NCBI GenBank assembly: GCA_946965045.2
Contig: OX337231.1
Coordinates: 3,348,001-3,412,000 of the forward strand
Source of the DNA: Epithemia pelagica
Lineage: Eukaryota; Protista; Bacillariophyta
Length of the DNA stretch: 64,000 nucleotides
Direction of reading: 5' to 3'
Shown here: positions 63,564 to 64,000 of the stretch, piece by piece
Layout of the letters: every line of letters begins with the position of its first letter
Numbering within the stretch: the stretch's first letter is position 1
Made by a program: the position numbers and the translations under genes
The notes under the pieces: model-generated
The model's input: the letters and a program-made list of their open reading frames with translations, nothing else
Databases searched by the model: none
What the model was told of the DNA's origin: nothing

Positions 63564-64000
63564 TTAGGACCGTTGGACTTGATTCCACTTGTCGTCCAGT
63601 ACTTGTTGCAAGGGAGTGTGCATCATGTCCTGAAGCTGTTGGGTCACACTACTCGTTAAAGGAGGAGTAGAAGTAGTAGAAGAAGGACTGCTCGCGGCCT
63701 GGTTGTGCAAGAGGGAATAATCGTCCAAGACCAAACACCTCCTTGTTGTTCGTGGCACGTCCCGGCAAGAAGGATGCGTGCAAGTCGTTGTTGTCATATC
63801 GGTCGTCGAGTCCTTGTTATTGTTGTCGTTGTTGTTGTGGTGTTGCAGATAGGTGGCCTGCGGTGTGTCGTGAGCCGCCTGTTGGAGTTGGGTTACCACT
63901 TGCGCCAAGGAGTGGTGCGGTGGTGGATAGGCAAAATAAACCAACGAGACACGAGGTTCTTGTGGTTCTTGTTGTGGTTGGGATTGTTGTTGGGGAGAGA
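63564..64000 (-). CDS. 3' part of a hypothetical protein running off the window edge
   Basis: Frame open from 63998 (SPQQQSQPQQEPQEPRVSLVYFAYPPP...) to the stop at 63564; composition resembles neighbouring genes. Confidence 0.45.
   Translation of the reverse strand, partial: SPQQQSQPQQEPQEPRVSLVYFAYPPPHHSLAQVVTQLQQAAHDTPQATYLQHHNNNDNNNKDSTTDMTTTTCTHPSCRDVPRTTRRCLVLDDYSLLHNQAASSPSSTTSTPPLTSSVTQQLQDMMHTPLQQVLDDKWNQVQRS

Overview
Eukaryotic, gene-dense genomic DNA with short GT-AG introns. It is most likely a diatom nuclear genome, inferred from bipartite plastid-targeting presequences (e.g. SVA-FAP in VIPP1) and low-complexity gene families. Recognisable host genes: a CDK5RAP1/MiaB methylthiotransferase, an AIFM2/FSP1-like oxidoreductase, RMI1 head-to-head with a very long ORC1, a plastid-targeted mitochondrial-carrier fusion, an NDUFA4/B12D-like peptide, VIPP1, IBA57 and a quinone oxidoreductase, plus several uncharacterised proteins. 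The most notable content is mobile DNA, with ends read directly from the sequence. (1) A 7.8-kb Academ-like DNA transposon (53457-61265) with 25-bp perfect TIRs inside ~150-bp imperfect TIRs, carrying a RecQ-like SF2 helicase and a 1732-aa transposase-like ORF, i.e. AcademH-like architecture. (2) A 4.8-kb PIF/Harbinger-superfamily element (22575-27409) with a CTG TSD, four intact ORFs in two convergent pairs, and 11-bp tandem arrays near both ends. (3) Two different TA-flanked, CCGTA-ended MITEs side by side in a divergent promoter. No tools were run; all family assignments come from motif recognition and need HMM/BLAST confirmation.
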